A stretch of DNA of 64,000 nucleotides from Alphaproteobacteria bacterium (GCA_028277665.1 JANQFU010000014.1:4926-68925); one strand, 5' to 3'. Shown: positions 10,118 to 21,392, counted from the first letter of the stretch. The notes: generated by a model from the letters alone, not told the origin. Translations and numbers: made by a program.

Positions 10118-10139
10118 TTGTTTGGGGTAGGGGAATAAG

Positions 10140-10175
10140 GAAAGGGCGTAACGATTTCTCATTACGCCCTTTTTG
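10140..10175. terminator. bidirectional rho-independent terminator between convergent valS and rpmE
   Basis: Stem AGGGCGTAA (10143-10151) pairs with TTACGCCCT (10162-10170). T-runs follow on both strands. Confidence 0.7.
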
Positions 10176-10196
10176 TGTTCCGTTTTTCCGGTCTGA

Positions 10197-10448
10197 TTAC
10201 GCGGATTTGGAATTGCCTTTTCCGTCTTCTTTTGCGCCGCCAAGGAAGTTTCCGAAACGACTGTTGAATTTGTCGAGCTGACCGCGTGACGTAATTTTGA
10301 CGCCGCCGCCTTGCCACACGGGGTGGGACAGGGGGTCGACGTCAAGACGGATCACGTCCTGCTTGCTTGTCGAACGCGTTTTGTACTCGGTTCCGTCCGT
10401 CATGATGACCGTGATTTCACGGTATTCCGGATGAATATCTTTTTTCAT
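10197..10448 (-). CDS. rpmE: 50S ribosomal protein L31
   Basis: MKKDIHPEYREITV... is the L31 N-terminal signature. I chose the internal ATG at 10448 rather than the ORF-track start at 10508. Confidence 0.9.
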   Translation of the reverse strand: MKKDIHPEYREITVIMTDGTEYKTRSTSKQDVIRLDVDPLSHPVWQGGGVKITSRGQLDKFNSRFGNFLGGAKEDGKGNSKSA

Positions 10449-10495
10449 TGTCCCAACTCCTCTATAAAGATCGGGCACTCTTATAGGGGGTTTAA

Positions 10496-11536
10496 ATGCA
10501 AAAAGCAAGCAATTGGTGGAAAAAAGAAGATTACGCGCGCAAGCTTCCGCGGCTGCGTATGCGCCGCCGGATCATGCAGGCTGTTCGCCAGACGTTTGAT
10601 GATATGGGATTTGACGAGGTTGAAACCCCGGTGCTTCAGACCTCTCCCGGTCTGGAGCCCCATTTGCATGCGTTTTCGACGGATCTATACGGCCCGGATC
10701 TTGAAAAAACCGGGACGGCGTGGCTCCACACCAGCCCCGAGTTTGCGATGAAGAAGCTCCTCGTTGCGGGCGTACCGAAAATTTACCAGATAGCAAGGGT
10801 TTTCCGGAACGCGGAAGACTCCTCTCTTCACAGTCCGGAATTCACGATGCTCGAATGGTACCGGGCCGGAGCGGACTACAGAGAGGTCATGGACGATTGC
10901 GTGACCCTGTTCCGGAGTGTCGCCCGGGCGATTGAATGTCAGGCGCTGCGTTACAGGGATCTCACCTGCGATCCGTTCGCTGACTGGGAAATGATCACAC
11001 TCGATCAGGCGTTTGAAACATATGCGGGGTTTGCGCTCGCCCCGTATCTGGAGGACAGGACAGCTTTTGCCGCGCGGATCCGGGAGGAGGAAATCCGCGT
11101 GGCGGAAGACGATAGCTGGAAGGATCTGTTTTTTCGGGTCTTTTTGGAGCGGATCGAGCCGCGGCTCGGGATCGGGCGGCCGACGATCATATATAACTAT
11201 CCTCGATCCATGGCGGCGCTTTCGCGGATCTGTCCGGACGATCCGCGCTATGCGGAGCGGTTCGAGCTTTATGTCTGCGGCATGGAACTCGCCAATGCCT
11301 TCGGCGAACTGACCGATCCGGAGGAGCAATTGCGGCGGTTCGAGGCGGATATGGACCTGAAAGAGCGGCTGTACGGGAAGCGTTATCCGATCGATCCCGA
11401 TTTTATCGATGCGCTCAGGGCGGGCATGCCGGAAGCGAGTGGGTCCGCGCTGGGGATCGACCGGTTCGTTATGCTTTTAACCGGGGCGGATCATATTGAG
11501 GATGTGCTCTGGTCGCCGGTCAGGATATCTCTATGA
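10496..11536 (+). CDS. epmA: EF-P lysine beta-lysyltransferase (GenX/PoxA, truncated LysRS paralog)
   Basis: ~345-aa class II aaRS catalytic core with no anticodon-binding domain. Motifs are FDEVETPVL, FRNAE, EFTMLEWY, ELANAFGELTDPEEQ and GIDRFVMLLTG. Confidence 0.8.
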   Translation: MQKASNWWKKEDYARKLPRLRMRRRIMQAVRQTFDDMGFDEVETPVLQTSPGLEPHLHAFSTDLYGPDLEKTGTAWLHTSPEFAMKKLLVAGVPKIYQIARVFRNAEDSSLHSPEFTMLEWYRAGADYREVMDDCVTLFRSVARAIECQALRYRDLTCDPFADWEMITLDQAFETYAGFALAPYLEDRTAFAARIREEEIRVAEDDSWKDLFFRVFLERIEPRLGIGRPTIIYNYPRSMAALSRICPDDPRYAERFELYVCGMELANAFGELTDPEEQLRRFEADMDLKERLYGKRYPIDPDFIDALRAGMPEASGSALGIDRFVMLLTGADHIEDVLWSPVRISL

Positions 11537-11736
11537 TCCCAGCTACAGAAGTCTATTCTTATCCATAGTTCAGGTTCCTGTAGAGGGATAGAACGCGCTT
11601 GTGTGTCATTTGGCTTTTCCGCGCGCCTGATTTGAGATCGCGCAAGTTTTTCCGGGCCCCCTCTTTTTCTCCTGCTGTTCTGTGATATAAATAACGTCCA
11701 GTAAGCTCTTTCTTTGACCGGACGGGAATCGATCAT

Positions 11737-12108
11737 ATGGCCCCCCCTGACTTCCTGATGGATTATTATCCGATTCTGCTCTTCCTTGTGATCTCGGGAG
11801 GCTTATCCGTCCTGATGGTTGTCGCCTCTTTGATCGCGGCGCGCCAGAAGCCGGACAAGGATAAACTCGCGGCATATGAATGCGGTTTCGATGCATTTTC
11901 GGACGCGCGGCGGCGTTTTGACGTGCGCTTTTATCTCGTGGCGATTTTGTTCATTATTTTCGATCTTGAAGTCGCCTTTTTGTTTCCGTGGGCGATATCG
12001 CTCGGGGCGATCGGAATCTTCGGGTTCTGGTCGATGATGTTGTTTCTTGCCGTCCTGACGGTCGGTTTTATCTATGAATGGCGCAAAGGCGCGCTCGACT
12101 GGGAATAA
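11737..12108 (+). CDS. nuoA: NADH-quinone oxidoreductase subunit A
   Basis: 123-aa protein with three TM segments, YECGF motif and [14 protein letters not shown]. Confidence 0.9.
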   Translation: MAPPDFLMDYYPILLFLVISGGLSVLMVVASLIAARQKPDKDKLAAYECGFDAFSDARRRFDVRFYLVAILFIIFDLEVAFLFPWAISLGAIGIFGFWSMMLFLAVLTVGFIYEWRKGALDWE

Positions 12109-12124
12109 CAGGAAAGCCAATCAT

Positions 12125-12697
12125 ATGTTTCACGATCGCAAAGTCATGAATGCGCCGAAGATGCCGCCGGGGATCATGGATTTCCCGGCCCCCGAAGAGC
12201 AGGATATCATTCCTGCGGCGATCTCGGAGCATGTGAAAGACAAGGGATATCTCCTCACGCAGGCCGATGCGCTCTTTGACTGGGCGCGGACGGGCTCCAT
12301 GTGGCCGATGACCTTTGGTCTGGCCTGTTGCGCGGTCGAGATGATCCACGCCTATATGAGCCGTTACGATCTTGACCGGTTCGGGATTATTCCGCGTCCG
12401 TCGCCCCGCCAGTCGGATGTGATGATCGTGGCCGGCACGTTATGCAACAAGATGGCCCCGGCATTGCGCCGGGTCTACGACCAGATGCCGGAGCCGCGCT
12501 GGGTCATTTCGATGGGCTCATGCGCGAATGGCGGCGGATATTATCATTACTCATATTCTGTCGTTCGGGGCTGCGACCGTGTGGTCCCGGTCGATATCTA
12601 TGTGCCGGGCTGCCCGCCGACGGCGGAGGCTCTGGTCTACGGATTGCTGCAACTCCAGCGAAAAATCCGCCGGGAAGACACGCGGATTGTGAGATAA
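12125..12697 (+). CDS. nuoB: NADH-quinone oxidoreductase subunit B
   Basis: N2-cluster cysteines in [23 protein letters not shown] and VPGCPP. The start is set at ATG 12125, just after the nuoA stop. Confidence 0.9.
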   Translation: MFHDRKVMNAPKMPPGIMDFPAPEEQDIIPAAISEHVKDKGYLLTQADALFDWARTGSMWPMTFGLACCAVEMIHAYMSRYDLDRFGIIPRPSPRQSDVMIVAGTLCNKMAPALRRVYDQMPEPRWVISMGSCANGGGYYHYSYSVVRGCDRVVPVDIYVPGCPPTAEALVYGLLQLQRKIRREDTRIVR

Positions 12698-12700
12698 CAC

Positions 12701-13432
12701 ATGCCCCAGACAGAGACCGCAAAGGAACACATCGCCGAAGCCCTTGAGGATATGGCCGAGTTTATCGATGAGGAGCTTGAAGATCTTCTCGGTGCGCCGC
12801 ACGAAACGCGCGGCGGAGAGGTCTGTTTTACGTGCCCGCCGGAGAATTTGCGCGCCGTTCTGACGTTTTTGCGCGATAACCGGGAATGTCAGTTTCAGAT
12901 GCTGATCGACGTGTTCGGGGTCGATCATCCGGATCGCCCGGCGCGGTTTGAAATCATCTATAATCTTTTGTCGATTCGCCAGAACGCGCGTGTACGTGTC
13001 TATGTGAACATACAGGAAGACGTGCCGGTCCCGTCCGTGCATGATATCTTCAGCAGTGCTTTGTGGTATGAGCGCGAAGTCTGGGACATGTTCGGCGCGA
13101 TCTTCTCCGGTAATCCGGATTTACGGCGGATTTTGACGGATTACGGCTTTGACGGCCATCCGCTGCGCAAGGATTTTCCGCTGACGGGCCGGGTCGAGGT
13201 GCGTTACGATCAGGCGCAAAAACGGGTCGTCTACGAACCTGTGCGTCTCGTTCAGGATTTTCGGCGTTTTGATAATCTCAGCCCGTGGGAAGGCATGACG
13301 GATGTTCAGATTCCCGGGGATGAAAAAGCGGTCAGGCAGACCGTGATGCCGTCCGGAGAACGCGGCGATGTTGGAAATCGCGAAGAAGACCGAAGGGATA
13401 AAAACAAGGAAGAGGGAGCGGGAGACGAATGA
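12701..13432 (+). CDS. nuoC: NADH-quinone oxidoreductase subunit C
   Basis: 30-kDa subunit signature [28 protein letters not shown], with a charged C-terminal tail. Confidence 0.9.
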   Translation: MPQTETAKEHIAEALEDMAEFIDEELEDLLGAPHETRGGEVCFTCPPENLRAVLTFLRDNRECQFQMLIDVFGVDHPDRPARFEIIYNLLSIRQNARVRVYVNIQEDVPVPSVHDIFSSALWYEREVWDMFGAIFSGNPDLRRILTDYGFDGHPLRKDFPLTGRVEVRYDQAQKRVVYEPVRLVQDFRRFDNLSPWEGMTDVQIPGDEKAVRQTVMPSGERGDVGNREEDRRDKNKEEGAGDE

Positions 13433-14709
13433 GCGTCGACAAGGGAACAGCCGTCAATACCGCACCGGCAGATGACGAACCGGATGAGCCGGTTCTGGCC
13501 GACGCATGCGCCGCCGCGGTCCCGATGGGGGATCAAACGCGGATCCGTCCGTATACGATGAATTTCGGCCCGCAGCATCCCGCCGCGCATGGCGTTCTGC
13601 GCCTTGTTCTGGAGATGGACGGAGAGGTTGTCGAGCGCGCCGACCCGCATATCGGCTTGTTGCACCGCGGCACGGAAAAGCTGATTGAATATAAAACCTA
13701 TATGCAGGCTCTTCCGTATTTCGACCGTCTGGACTACGTCTCTCCGATGAATCAGGAGCATGCCTTTGCGCTGGCCGTTGAGAAACTTCTCGGGATTACG
13801 GTCCCCGAACGCGCGCAATATATCCGGATTTTGTTCAGCGAGCTGACCCGTGTCCTTAACCACCTCCTGAATATCACGACATTCGCGCTTGATGTCGGGG
13901 CGATCACGCCGACACTCTGGGGCTTTGAAGAGCGCGAGATCGGCATGGAGTTCTACGAACGTGTCTGCGGCGCGCGCCTGCATGCCAATTATATCCGGCC
14001 CGGCGGCGTCGCGCAGGATCTTCCCTCCGGCCTCGCCGACGATATCGGAGAGTGGATCGAAGGATCGGCCGGAAAGGTCATCGACGATCTTGATAACCTC
14101 CTGACGGAAAACCGGATCTTTAAACAGCGCACGGTCGATATCGGCGTCGCTTCGCCCGATCAGGCGCAGGACTGGGGATTCACGGGGCCGATGCTCCGCG
14201 CCTCCGGAATTCCGTGGGATCTGCGCAAGGCACAGCCGTATGACCTGTATGAAAAGATGCATTTCGACGTGCCGGTCGGCAAAACGGGAGATTGTTACGC
14301 CCGCTACCTCGTGCGTATGGAGGAAATGCGCCAGTCCCTGCGGATGATGACGCAATGTCTGGGCGAGATGCAGGCCGGACCCGTCAAGGTCGACGATCAC
14401 AAGGTCGTTCCGCCGCGTCGCGCCGAGATGAAACGCTCGATGGAAGCTCTCATTCATCACTTCAAGCTCTTCACGGAAGGGTATCACGTTCCGGCCGGGC
14501 AGACCTATACGGCCGTAGAAGCCCCGAAAGGCGAGTTCGGGGTTTATCTGGTCTCCGACGGCACGAACAGGCCCTATCGTTGCCGGATCAGAGCGCCCGG
14601 TTTCGCGCATCTTCAGGCACTGGAATTTCTCTCAAAAGGCCACATGCTGGCCGATACCGTCGCTGTCATCGGCGCAATGGATGTCGTGTTCGGAGAGATC
14701 GACAGGTAA
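13429..14709 (+). CDS. nuoD: NADH-quinone oxidoreductase subunit D
   Basis: 49-kDa subunit motifs [15 protein letters not shown] and C-terminal DVVFGEIDR. There is a 4-nt overlap with nuoC. Confidence 0.92.
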   Translation: MSVDKGTAVNTAPADDEPDEPVLADACAAAVPMGDQTRIRPYTMNFGPQHPAAHGVLRLVLEMDGEVVERADPHIGLLHRGTEKLIEYKTYMQALPYFDRLDYVSPMNQEHAFALAVEKLLGITVPERAQYIRILFSELTRVLNHLLNITTFALDVGAITPTLWGFEEREIGMEFYERVCGARLHANYIRPGGVAQDLPSGLADDIGEWIEGSAGKVIDDLDNLLTENRIFKQRTVDIGVASPDQAQDWGFTGPMLRASGIPWDLRKAQPYDLYEKMHFDVPVGKTGDCYARYLVRMEEMRQSLRMMTQCLGEMQAGPVKVDDHKVVPPRRAEMKRSMEALIHHFKLFTEGYHVPAGQTYTAVEAPKGEFGVYLVSDGTNRPYRCRIRAPGFAHLQALEFLSKGHMLADTVAVIGAMDVVFGEIDR

Positions 14710-14777
14710 GAGTGAGGGCAACACGGTAATCCCTTGAAAAAAATGTATGAGCTATAACCTGCTGATATAATTAAATT

Positions 14778-14835
14778 CCGTCATCCTCTGCGAAGGCAGA
14801 GGATCCATTTCGAAGTTTTCGCGAGCGGATGACGG
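14778..14835. repeat. palindromic repeat element (CCGTCATCC...GGATGACGG with internal CCTCTGC-GAAG-GCAGAGG hairpin)
   Basis: Outer 9-bp arms plus an inner hairpin. The inner module CCTCTGCGAAGGCAGAGGATCCATTT is identical to modules at 30196-30221 and 30475-30494. Confidence 0.85.
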
Positions 14836-14906
14836 TTTTAGTTGATTGCCGCGGTGAGGGCAATGCTGTCATTGACCCCAATGCTATCATCCTGTATGAT
14901 AGAAAC

Positions 14907-15194
14907 ATGCAATCAAGTGATCTGACATCTTTGAATATTCGCCGGATCGAACGCTCGGTCAAAGAGCGTTTGCGCATCCGCGCGGCCATGCACGGGCATT
15001 CGATGGAAGAAGAAATCCGCCGGATCCTGACGAAAGCCGCAGAAAGCCCGGATGATGATTCTTCGCCGCAAAAGGATAGAACGCTCTACGAAGCCGTGCG
15101 TTCTATTGTTGAGCCATATGGCGGATTTGATCTCGAGCCTCCCCCACGCGAGGACTATCCGGGGGAGCCTGACTGGCTCAAGGACTGGACATGA
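14907..15194 (+). CDS. vapB: ribbon-helix-helix antitoxin (FitA/VapB-like)
   Basis: LNIRRIERSVKERLRIRAAMHGHSMEEEIRRIL is an Arc/MetJ-type RHH N-terminus. There is an ATGA overlap with the downstream PIN gene. I chose the internal ATG at 14907 because the longer ORF begins inside the repeat. Confidence 0.7.
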   Translation: MQSSDLTSLNIRRIERSVKERLRIRAAMHGHSMEEEIRRILTKAAESPDDDSSPQKDRTLYEAVRSIVEPYGGFDLEPPPREDYPGEPDWLKDWT

Positions 15195-15628
15195 TTCCCG
15201 GCGGCCATATCACCATTCTGGATACGAATATCGTCTCGGAATTGCTCCGTCCGGAATTGGATGAAAATGTCGCGTTATGGGCGGACAGGGCGAGCGCCGG
15301 GAATTTTTACACGACCTCTGTGACGATGGCGGAAAGTTTCTACGGCGCGCACCTGATGCCGCAGGGAAAGCGCAAGGCCGATTTGCTGCATGTCCTCGAA
15401 CATTTTTACGGGAAAACACTGTCCGGCCGTATTCTGCCTTTTGATACGTCCGCGGCCCGGACGTATGCTCTTCTGCTTGCCGACCGAAAAAAATCCGGGC
15501 GGTCCATGCCGGTGGCCGACGCCATGATCGCTGCGATCGTACGTGTGCACGGGGGTGTGCTCGCCACACGGAATATTCGGGATTTCGACGGTTGCGGGAT
15601 TGCGCTCATTGATCCTTTTGCGGGATAA
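15191..15628 (+). CDS. vapC: PIN-domain ribonuclease toxin (VapC/FitB-like)
   Basis: ILDTNIVSEL (first acidic residue), MAESFYG, VADAMIAAI and ATRNIRDF match the spacing of the PIN acidic quartet. Confidence 0.8.
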   Translation: MIPGGHITILDTNIVSELLRPELDENVALWADRASAGNFYTTSVTMAESFYGAHLMPQGKRKADLLHVLEHFYGKTLSGRILPFDTSAARTYALLLADRKKSGRSMPVADAMIAAIVRVHGGVLATRNIRDFDGCGIALIDPFAG

Positions 15629-15668
15629 ATGTAAAACTGTCTCTGACGCTCAATAACGCAGACGTATC

Positions 15669-16310
15669 ATGAAAAAAATATTTGAACCCGACGCGGCATA
15701 TCAACCTGACACGTTCGCCTTCAAGGATCCCAAAAAGGTGAAGGATATTCTGGGCCGTTATCCGCAAACGCATCAAGGCCGGCGCAGCGCCGTCATGCCT
15801 CTTCTGGATCTGGCACAACGCCAGACGGCAAAGGAAGGTCTGAAGGCCGATCCGCCACATGGCGGCTGGATTCCGCGCGCGGCAATGGATGAGATCGCGC
15901 GCATGCTCGACCTGCCGCCGGTCAAGGTCTATGAGGTTGCGACGTTTTATTCGATGTTCCAGCTTGCCCCGGTCGGCGTGCATCTTATTCAGGTCTGTAC
16001 GACAACACCGTGCTGGTTGCGCGGATCGGATCGCATCCTCGAAACGTGCCGGGAGAAAGCCGGGATCGACCTCGACGAGACCCGGCCCGATGGAAAATTC
16101 ACACTGGTAGAGGTCGAATGCCTCGGGGCCTGCGTGAATGCGCCGATCGTCCAGATTAACGACGATTATTACGAAGATCTGACGCCGGAACTGATGGAAG
16201 ACATTCTGGACGCTCTGGAAAAAGACAAAAAGCCGAAAACGGCAAAAACGGCCAAAATACCTGGCAAAACACCTGAATCGTCACCCCGGCGAAAGCCGGG
16301 GTCCAGTTGA
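15669..16310 (+). CDS. nuoE: NADH-quinone oxidoreductase subunit E
   Basis: 2Fe-2S cysteines in VCTTTPCWLRGS and VECLGACVNAP. The last ~10 codons (SSPRRKPGSS) lie inside a palindromic repeat. Confidence 0.9.
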   Translation: MKKIFEPDAAYQPDTFAFKDPKKVKDILGRYPQTHQGRRSAVMPLLDLAQRQTAKEGLKADPPHGGWIPRAAMDEIARMLDLPPVKVYEVATFYSMFQLAPVGVHLIQVCTTTPCWLRGSDRILETCREKAGIDLDETRPDGKFTLVEVECLGACVNAPIVQINDDYYEDLTPELMEDILDALEKDKKPKTAKTAKIPGKTPESSPRRKPGSS

Positions 16311-16346
16311 TTTTTTTCTGGATTCCGGCTTTTGCCGGAATGACGG
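16279..16346. repeat. palindromic repeat element spanning the nuoE stop codon
   Basis: CGTCACCCCGGCGAAAGCCGGGGTCCAG ... CTGGATTCCGGCTTTTGCCGGAATGACGG has two hairpin-forming arms that are themselves an inverted repeat. It has the same architecture as 42889-42959. Confidence 0.85.
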
Positions 16347-16358
16347 GCTTTTTGATGT

Positions 16359-17684
16359 TTGACCGACTACGAATATAAGGATCAGGTTGTTGTGTTAAAA
16401 AAAGAAGACCGCATGTTCCCGAATTTGTACGGGACCGAATCTCCGGGGCTGGCCGCGGCGAAAGCGCGCGGGAGCTGGGTTGATACGAAAACGCTTCTGG
16501 AAAAGGGCCGGGACGGGATTATCGCCGAAATGAAGGCCAGCGGATTGCGCGGGCGCGGCGGGGCGGGGTTCCCGACCGGCATGAAATGGTCTTTCATGCC
16601 AAAGGAAATTGGCGACAAACCGCATTTCCTTGTGATCAATGCCGACGAATCGGAGCCCGGAACCTGCAAGGATCGTGACATTCTCCGTCACGAGCCGCAT
16701 AAACTCCTTGAAGGGGCTCTTCTGGCCGCCTTCGCGATGGGCGCACATACGGCATATATCTATATCCGCGGCGAATTCTATCATGAAGCGCAGGCCGTGA
16801 ACAAAGCCATTGATGAGGCCCGAGATGCCGGATTGATCGGCAAAAACGCCTGCGGCAGCGGATGGGACTTCGATATATACGTACACCGCGGCGCCGGGGC
16901 GTATATCTGCGGGGAAGAAACCGCGCTCCTGAATTCGCTCGAAGGCAAAAAAGGCCAGCCGCGCAACAAACCGCCGTTTCCGGCCATGGCCGGGCTGTAC
17001 GCCTGTCCGACGACCGTTAACAACGTCGAGACGATCGCCTCGGCCCCCGATATCCTGCGGCGGGGCGGGGCCTGGTTCGCAGGCCTCGGCCGGGACGAAA
17101 AGAACACGGGAACAAAGCTCTTCTGCCTGTCCGGGCACGTCAATACGCCCTGTAATGTCGAAGAGGAAATGGGCATCCCGCTCAAGGAGTTGATTGAGAA
17201 GCACGCGGGCGGCGTCCGCGGCGGATGGGACAACCTGAAAGCCATCATCCCGGGCGGCTCGTCGACGCCGCTCCTGCCCAAAGACATCTGCGGCGCTGTC
17301 CGGATGGATTACGATTCGCTCCGCGAGGTTCAAAGCGGCCTCGGAACGGCGGCGGTGATCGTCATGGATCAATCGACGGATATCATCTACGCGATTGCCC
17401 GGCTCTCCTATTTCTACATGCATGAGAGCTGCGGCCAGTGTACGCCTTGCCGGGAAGGAACGGGATGGATCTGGCGGATCATGCAGCGCATGGTCAAGGG
17501 AAACGCGACCGTATCCGAAATCGATATGCTTCTGGATGTCACGAAACAGATTGAAGGGCACACGATCTGCGCACACGGAGACGCGAGTGCCTGGCCCATA
17601 CAGGGATTGATTCGCCACTTCCGCGATGAAATGGAAGACCGGATCAGAACCTACCGGAAAACCGCGCCCCGGATAGCCGCGTAA
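16359..17684 (+). CDS. nuoF: NADH-quinone oxidoreductase subunit F
   Basis: [13 protein letters not shown] (FMN/NADH site) and [12 protein letters not shown] (N3 cluster). The start is uncertain: TTG 16359, or GTG 16392 giving [14 protein letters not shown]. Confidence 0.9.
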   Translation: MTDYEYKDQVVVLKKEDRMFPNLYGTESPGLAAAKARGSWVDTKTLLEKGRDGIIAEMKASGLRGRGGAGFPTGMKWSFMPKEIGDKPHFLVINADESEPGTCKDRDILRHEPHKLLEGALLAAFAMGAHTAYIYIRGEFYHEAQAVNKAIDEARDAGLIGKNACGSGWDFDIYVHRGAGAYICGEETALLNSLEGKKGQPRNKPPFPAMAGLYACPTTVNNVETIASAPDILRRGGAWFAGLGRDEKNTGTKLFCLSGHVNTPCNVEEEMGIPLKELIEKHAGGVRGGWDNLKAIIPGGSSTPLLPKDICGAVRMDYDSLREVQSGLGTAAVIVMDQSTDIIYAIARLSYFYMHESCGQCTPCREGTGWIWRIMQRMVKGNATVSEIDMLLDVTKQIEGHTICAHGDASAWPIQGLIRHFRDEMEDRIRTYRKTAPRIAA

Positions 17685-17718
17685 TAGCAGCGTAATAGCA
17701 GCGTAACAGGACACAGCC

Positions 17719-19839
17719 ATGCCGAAACTGACGATTAATGGAACGGAAATTGAAGTCGCCCCGGGAACGAGCATCCTTCAGGCTGCCGAATCTCTGGGCT
17801 ATGAAATTCCGCGCTTTTGCTATCACGACCGTTTGAGCGTACCGGGGAATTGCCGGATGTGTCTGGTCGAGGTCGAAGGCGCGCCGAAGCCTGTGGCATC
17901 GTGCGCAATGGCGGCCGGGGAAGGAATGATCGTCCATACGGACACGGACAGGGTCCGCCGGGCGCGCCAGAATGTCATGGAATTCCTTCTGATCAACCAC
18001 CCGCTGGATTGCCCGATCTGTGATCAGGGCGGGGAATGCGATCTTCAGGATCAGGCCGTCGCATACGGCTATGACCGCTCCCGCTACCGCGAATCGAAAC
18101 GGGCTGTCCCGAACAAGAATATCGGCCCCCTGATCAAGACAATCATGACCCGGTGCATCCAGTGTACGCGATGCGTACGCTTTGGCGAGGAAATCGCCGG
18201 GGTGACGGAACTCGGCCTTCTGCATCGCGGCGAAGACGTTGAAATCGGAACCTTTGTCGAAAAAGCGGTCTCAACAGAGCTTTCAGGAAATATGATCGAT
18301 ATCTGCCCGGTCGGAGCCCTGACCTCCGCACCGTACGCATACAAGGCCCGCCCGTGGGAGTTGCGGAAAACGCAAAGCATCGATATCTCGGATGCGGCCG
18401 GGTCGAACATCCGGATCGACTCGCGCGGCAACGAGGTCCTTCGGATCCTGCCGCGCCTCCACGAAGGGATCAACGAAGAGTGGATCAGCGACAAGGCCCG
18501 TTTTTGCTATGACGGCGTGTCGCGCGGGCGTCTCGATACGCCGTGGTTGCGCGATGAGCCGGGCGCGAAACTCCGGCCCGTAAGCTGGGAAGAGGCCCTG
18601 ACTTTTGTCGCCGGGCGTCTGCGCAAGATCCGGGCCAAAGATATGGCGGCTCTGGCCGGAGATCTCGCGGATCTCGAATCCGTGGTCGCGCTCAAAGACC
18701 TGATGACCCAACTCGGCACGCCGCATCTCGATTGCCGGATGGACGGCGCGCGGTTCGATCCGTCATCCCGGGCGAATTATCTGTTCAACACGACGATTGC
18801 CGGGCTGGAAAGGGCCGACTGCATTTTGCTCGTCGGCACGAATCCCCGATGGGAATCGACAATGATCAACGCCCGGATCCGCAAGGCATGGCGGCAAAAG
18901 AAAGGCGCGCTGCCTGTTGGCTTGATCGGGGAAGAGGCCGATCTGACCTATCCGGTCGAACACATTGGAGAGACGGCTGCGGCCCTGAAAGAGATCATCG
19001 GAGGCAAACATCCTTTTGCGAAAAAGATGAAAGCGGCACAGAATCCCGTTCTGATAGTCGGAAGTGCGGTTTTCGCCCGCGAAGATCACGGCGCGATCGC
19101 CCACTTGCTCGGCGAACTCGCCAGGAAATACGATATTATCCGGGACGGCTGGAACGGCATGAATATGCTTCACGGCGCGGCGGGGCGCACAGGCGCGCTC
19201 GATGTCGGGTTCGTCCCGCAAGCTCCGGATGCGCGCGGTATGGCGGAGATTATCGAAGGCACGCGCAGCGGGGCGGTCAAGGCACTTTATCTCCTTGGCA
19301 CGGATGAATTCAACGCCCGCGCCGATATCGGCTGGCAATGCTTTGTCGTCTATCAAGGACATCACGGCGACCACGCGGCCATGCGGGCCGACGTTATCCT
19401 GCCCGGTGCAGCCTGGACGGAGCAGGACGGGACATATGTGAACGTCGAAGGCCGCCCGCAATTCGCGCGTCAGGCCGTCTCTCCTCCCGGAGAGGCAAAA
19501 GAAAACTGGAAAATCATCCGGGCTCTGGCGGAAAGGCTCAATATTCGCCTGCCATACGATACGTCCGCGCATATCTCGGCCCGGATCGCGGCGGACTGGC
19601 CGCATCTCGCAAAATGGGACGTCCTTCCGGATCATACGGAGATCGGCGCATGGGATCTGAAAGGGGAGAAAGGCGATCTCTCCGGCGGCGTTCTGGCCAG
19701 TCCGGTCAGGAATTATTACATGACGAACCCGCTTTGCCGGGCGTCAGAGATCATGGCACGCTGCCATGCCGCCTTTCCCAAGGGACGTGATGCAGACTCA
19801 GGCTCGGAAGACAAGACGGAACAGGAGGCAGCGGAATGA
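17719..19839 (+). CDS. nuoG: NADH-quinone oxidoreductase subunit G
   Basis: N-terminal 2Fe-2S and 4Fe-4S motifs [19 protein letters not shown] and [18 protein letters not shown], followed by a molybdopterin-like domain. Confidence 0.92.
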   Translation: MPKLTINGTEIEVAPGTSILQAAESLGYEIPRFCYHDRLSVPGNCRMCLVEVEGAPKPVASCAMAAGEGMIVHTDTDRVRRARQNVMEFLLINHPLDCPICDQGGECDLQDQAVAYGYDRSRYRESKRAVPNKNIGPLIKTIMTRCIQCTRCVRFGEEIAGVTELGLLHRGEDVEIGTFVEKAVSTELSGNMIDICPVGALTSAPYAYKARPWELRKTQSIDISDAAGSNIRIDSRGNEVLRILPRLHEGINEEWISDKARFCYDGVSRGRLDTPWLRDEPGAKLRPVSWEEALTFVAGRLRKIRAKDMAALAGDLADLESVVALKDLMTQLGTPHLDCRMDGARFDPSSRANYLFNTTIAGLERADCILLVGTNPRWESTMINARIRKAWRQKKGALPVGLIGEEADLTYPVEHIGETAAALKEIIGGKHPFAKKMKAAQNPVLIVGSAVFAREDHGAIAHLLGELARKYDIIRDGWNGMNMLHGAAGRTGALDVGFVPQAPDARGMAEIIEGTRSGAVKALYLLGTDEFNARADIGWQCFVVYQGHHGDHAAMRADVILPGAAWTEQDGTYVNVEGRPQFARQAVSPPGEAKENWKIIRALAERLNIRLPYDTSAHISARIAADWPHLAKWDVLPDHTEIGAWDLKGEKGDLSGGVLASPVRNYYMTNPLCRASEIMARCHAAFPKGRDADSGSEDKTEQEAAE

Positions 19840-20873
19840 TGACGGATCTCTGGGACTTCCTGATGATCATCTGGGCGCATCCGGTCACGGCAAAGCTGCT
19901 CCATATCTCGATCCTGAGCGGCGTCGTCCTCGGCGCGGTGGCGTATCTGACCTATGCGGAACGAAAAATTCTGAGTGCCATGCAACGGCGTCAGGGGCCG
20001 ATGACGGTCGGCCCGCTCGGCCTTCTGCAACCGATCGCCGACGGCATTAAACTCCTCTCCAAAGAGACGATTATTCCGACGCAGGCCAACCGGCCGGTCT
20101 TCCTGCTCGCGCCGGTCCTGACCTTCACGCTGGCCCTTCTGGCCTGGGCGGTTATTCCCGTGGATGCGGGGCTTGTTCTGGCCGATATCAATGTCGGGAT
20201 CCTGTACCTGTTCGCCGTGTCCTCAATGGGCGTTTACGGCGTGATCATGGCCGGCTGGGCCTCGAACTCGCGCTATGCGTTTCTCGGCGGTCTGCGCTCG
20301 GCCTCACAGATGGTCTCGTACGAGGTCTCAATGGGGCTGATTATCGTGACGGTCCTGCTTTGCACCGGGACCCTGAACCTCGGAGAGATCGTGCTCGCCG
20401 ACCGGCCGCTCTGGATGCAGGTGCTTTTATTCCCGATGCTGATTGTCTTCCTGATCTCCATTCTGGCCGAGACGAACCGCGCACCGTTCGATCTTCCGGA
20501 AGGCGAATCGGAACTGTCCGGCGGATTTATGGTTGAATATTCCTCAATGTCCTACGCGCTCTTTTTCCTTGGCGAATACGCGAATATGATCCTGATGAGC
20601 GCCATGACGACGATCCTGTTCCTTGGCGGCTGGCTGCCGCCCTTTGGGATAGAGGCTTTGGCCGTTGTGCCGGGCGTCGTCTGGTTTATGCTAAAGGTCT
20701 GTTTGATTCTGTTCGTCTTTATCTGGTCGCGGGCCTCATTCCCGCGCTATCGTTACGATCAGCTTATGCGCCTCGGCTGGAAGGTTTTCCTGCCTCTGAC
20801 GTTACTCTGGGTCGTCCTTGTCGCCGGCGTCCTGATCGGCATGGATGCGCTACCGGTTGAGAGTCGTTTCTAA
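19836..20873 (+). CDS. nuoH: NADH-quinone oxidoreductase subunit H
   Basis: Polytopic membrane protein with [20 protein letters not shown]. There is a 4-nt overlap with nuoG. Confidence 0.92.
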   Translation: MMTDLWDFLMIIWAHPVTAKLLHISILSGVVLGAVAYLTYAERKILSAMQRRQGPMTVGPLGLLQPIADGIKLLSKETIIPTQANRPVFLLAPVLTFTLALLAWAVIPVDAGLVLADINVGILYLFAVSSMGVYGVIMAGWASNSRYAFLGGLRSASQMVSYEVSMGLIIVTVLLCTGTLNLGEIVLADRPLWMQVLLFPMLIVFLISILAETNRAPFDLPEGESELSGGFMVEYSSMSYALFFLGEYANMILMSAMTTILFLGGWLPPFGIEALAVVPGVVWFMLKVCLILFVFIWSRASFPRYRYDQLMRLGWKVFLPLTLLWVVLVAGVLIGMDALPVESRF

Positions 20874-20881
20874 CAAGAAAT

Positions 20882-21385
20882 ATGGAGCCTAACAGTATGC
20901 AGGTCGCGCGGTTTATAAATTCGTTTTTGCTTGTCGAGATCGTCAAAGGGATGGCTTTGACGCTGAAATACATGTTTTTTGTGCCGCGCGCGACGCTGAA
21001 CTATCCGCACGAAAAAGGACCGATCTCACCGCGTTTCAGGGGAGAGCACGCTCTGCGCCGCTACCCGAACGGCGAAGAACGCTGCATTGCCTGTAAACTC
21101 TGCGAAGCGATCTGCCCCGCTCTGGCCATCACGATTGAGGCCGAACCCCGGGACGACGGATCCCGCCGGACGACCCGCTATGACATCGACATGACAAAGT
21201 GCATTTATTGCGGCCTGTGTCAGGAAGCCTGCCCCGTTGACGCGATCGTGGAGGGGCCGAACTTCGAATACGCCGTCGAGACCCGGGAAGAGCTGTTCTA
21301 TAACAAGGATAAACTTCTTGAAAACGGAGACCGCTGGGAAGCCCAGATTGCCGCTAACATCGCCGCCGACAGCCGGTATAGATAG
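20882..21385 (+). CDS. nuoI: NADH-quinone oxidoreductase subunit I
   Basis: Two ferredoxin motifs, [12 protein letters not shown] and [12 protein letters not shown]. Confidence 0.9.
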   Translation: MEPNSMQVARFINSFLLVEIVKGMALTLKYMFFVPRATLNYPHEKGPISPRFRGEHALRRYPNGEERCIACKLCEAICPALAITIEAEPRDDGSRRTTRYDIDMTKCIYCGLCQEACPVDAIVEGPNFEYAVETREELFYNKDKLLENGDRWEAQIAANIAADSRYR

Positions 21386-21392
21386 ACCCAGA

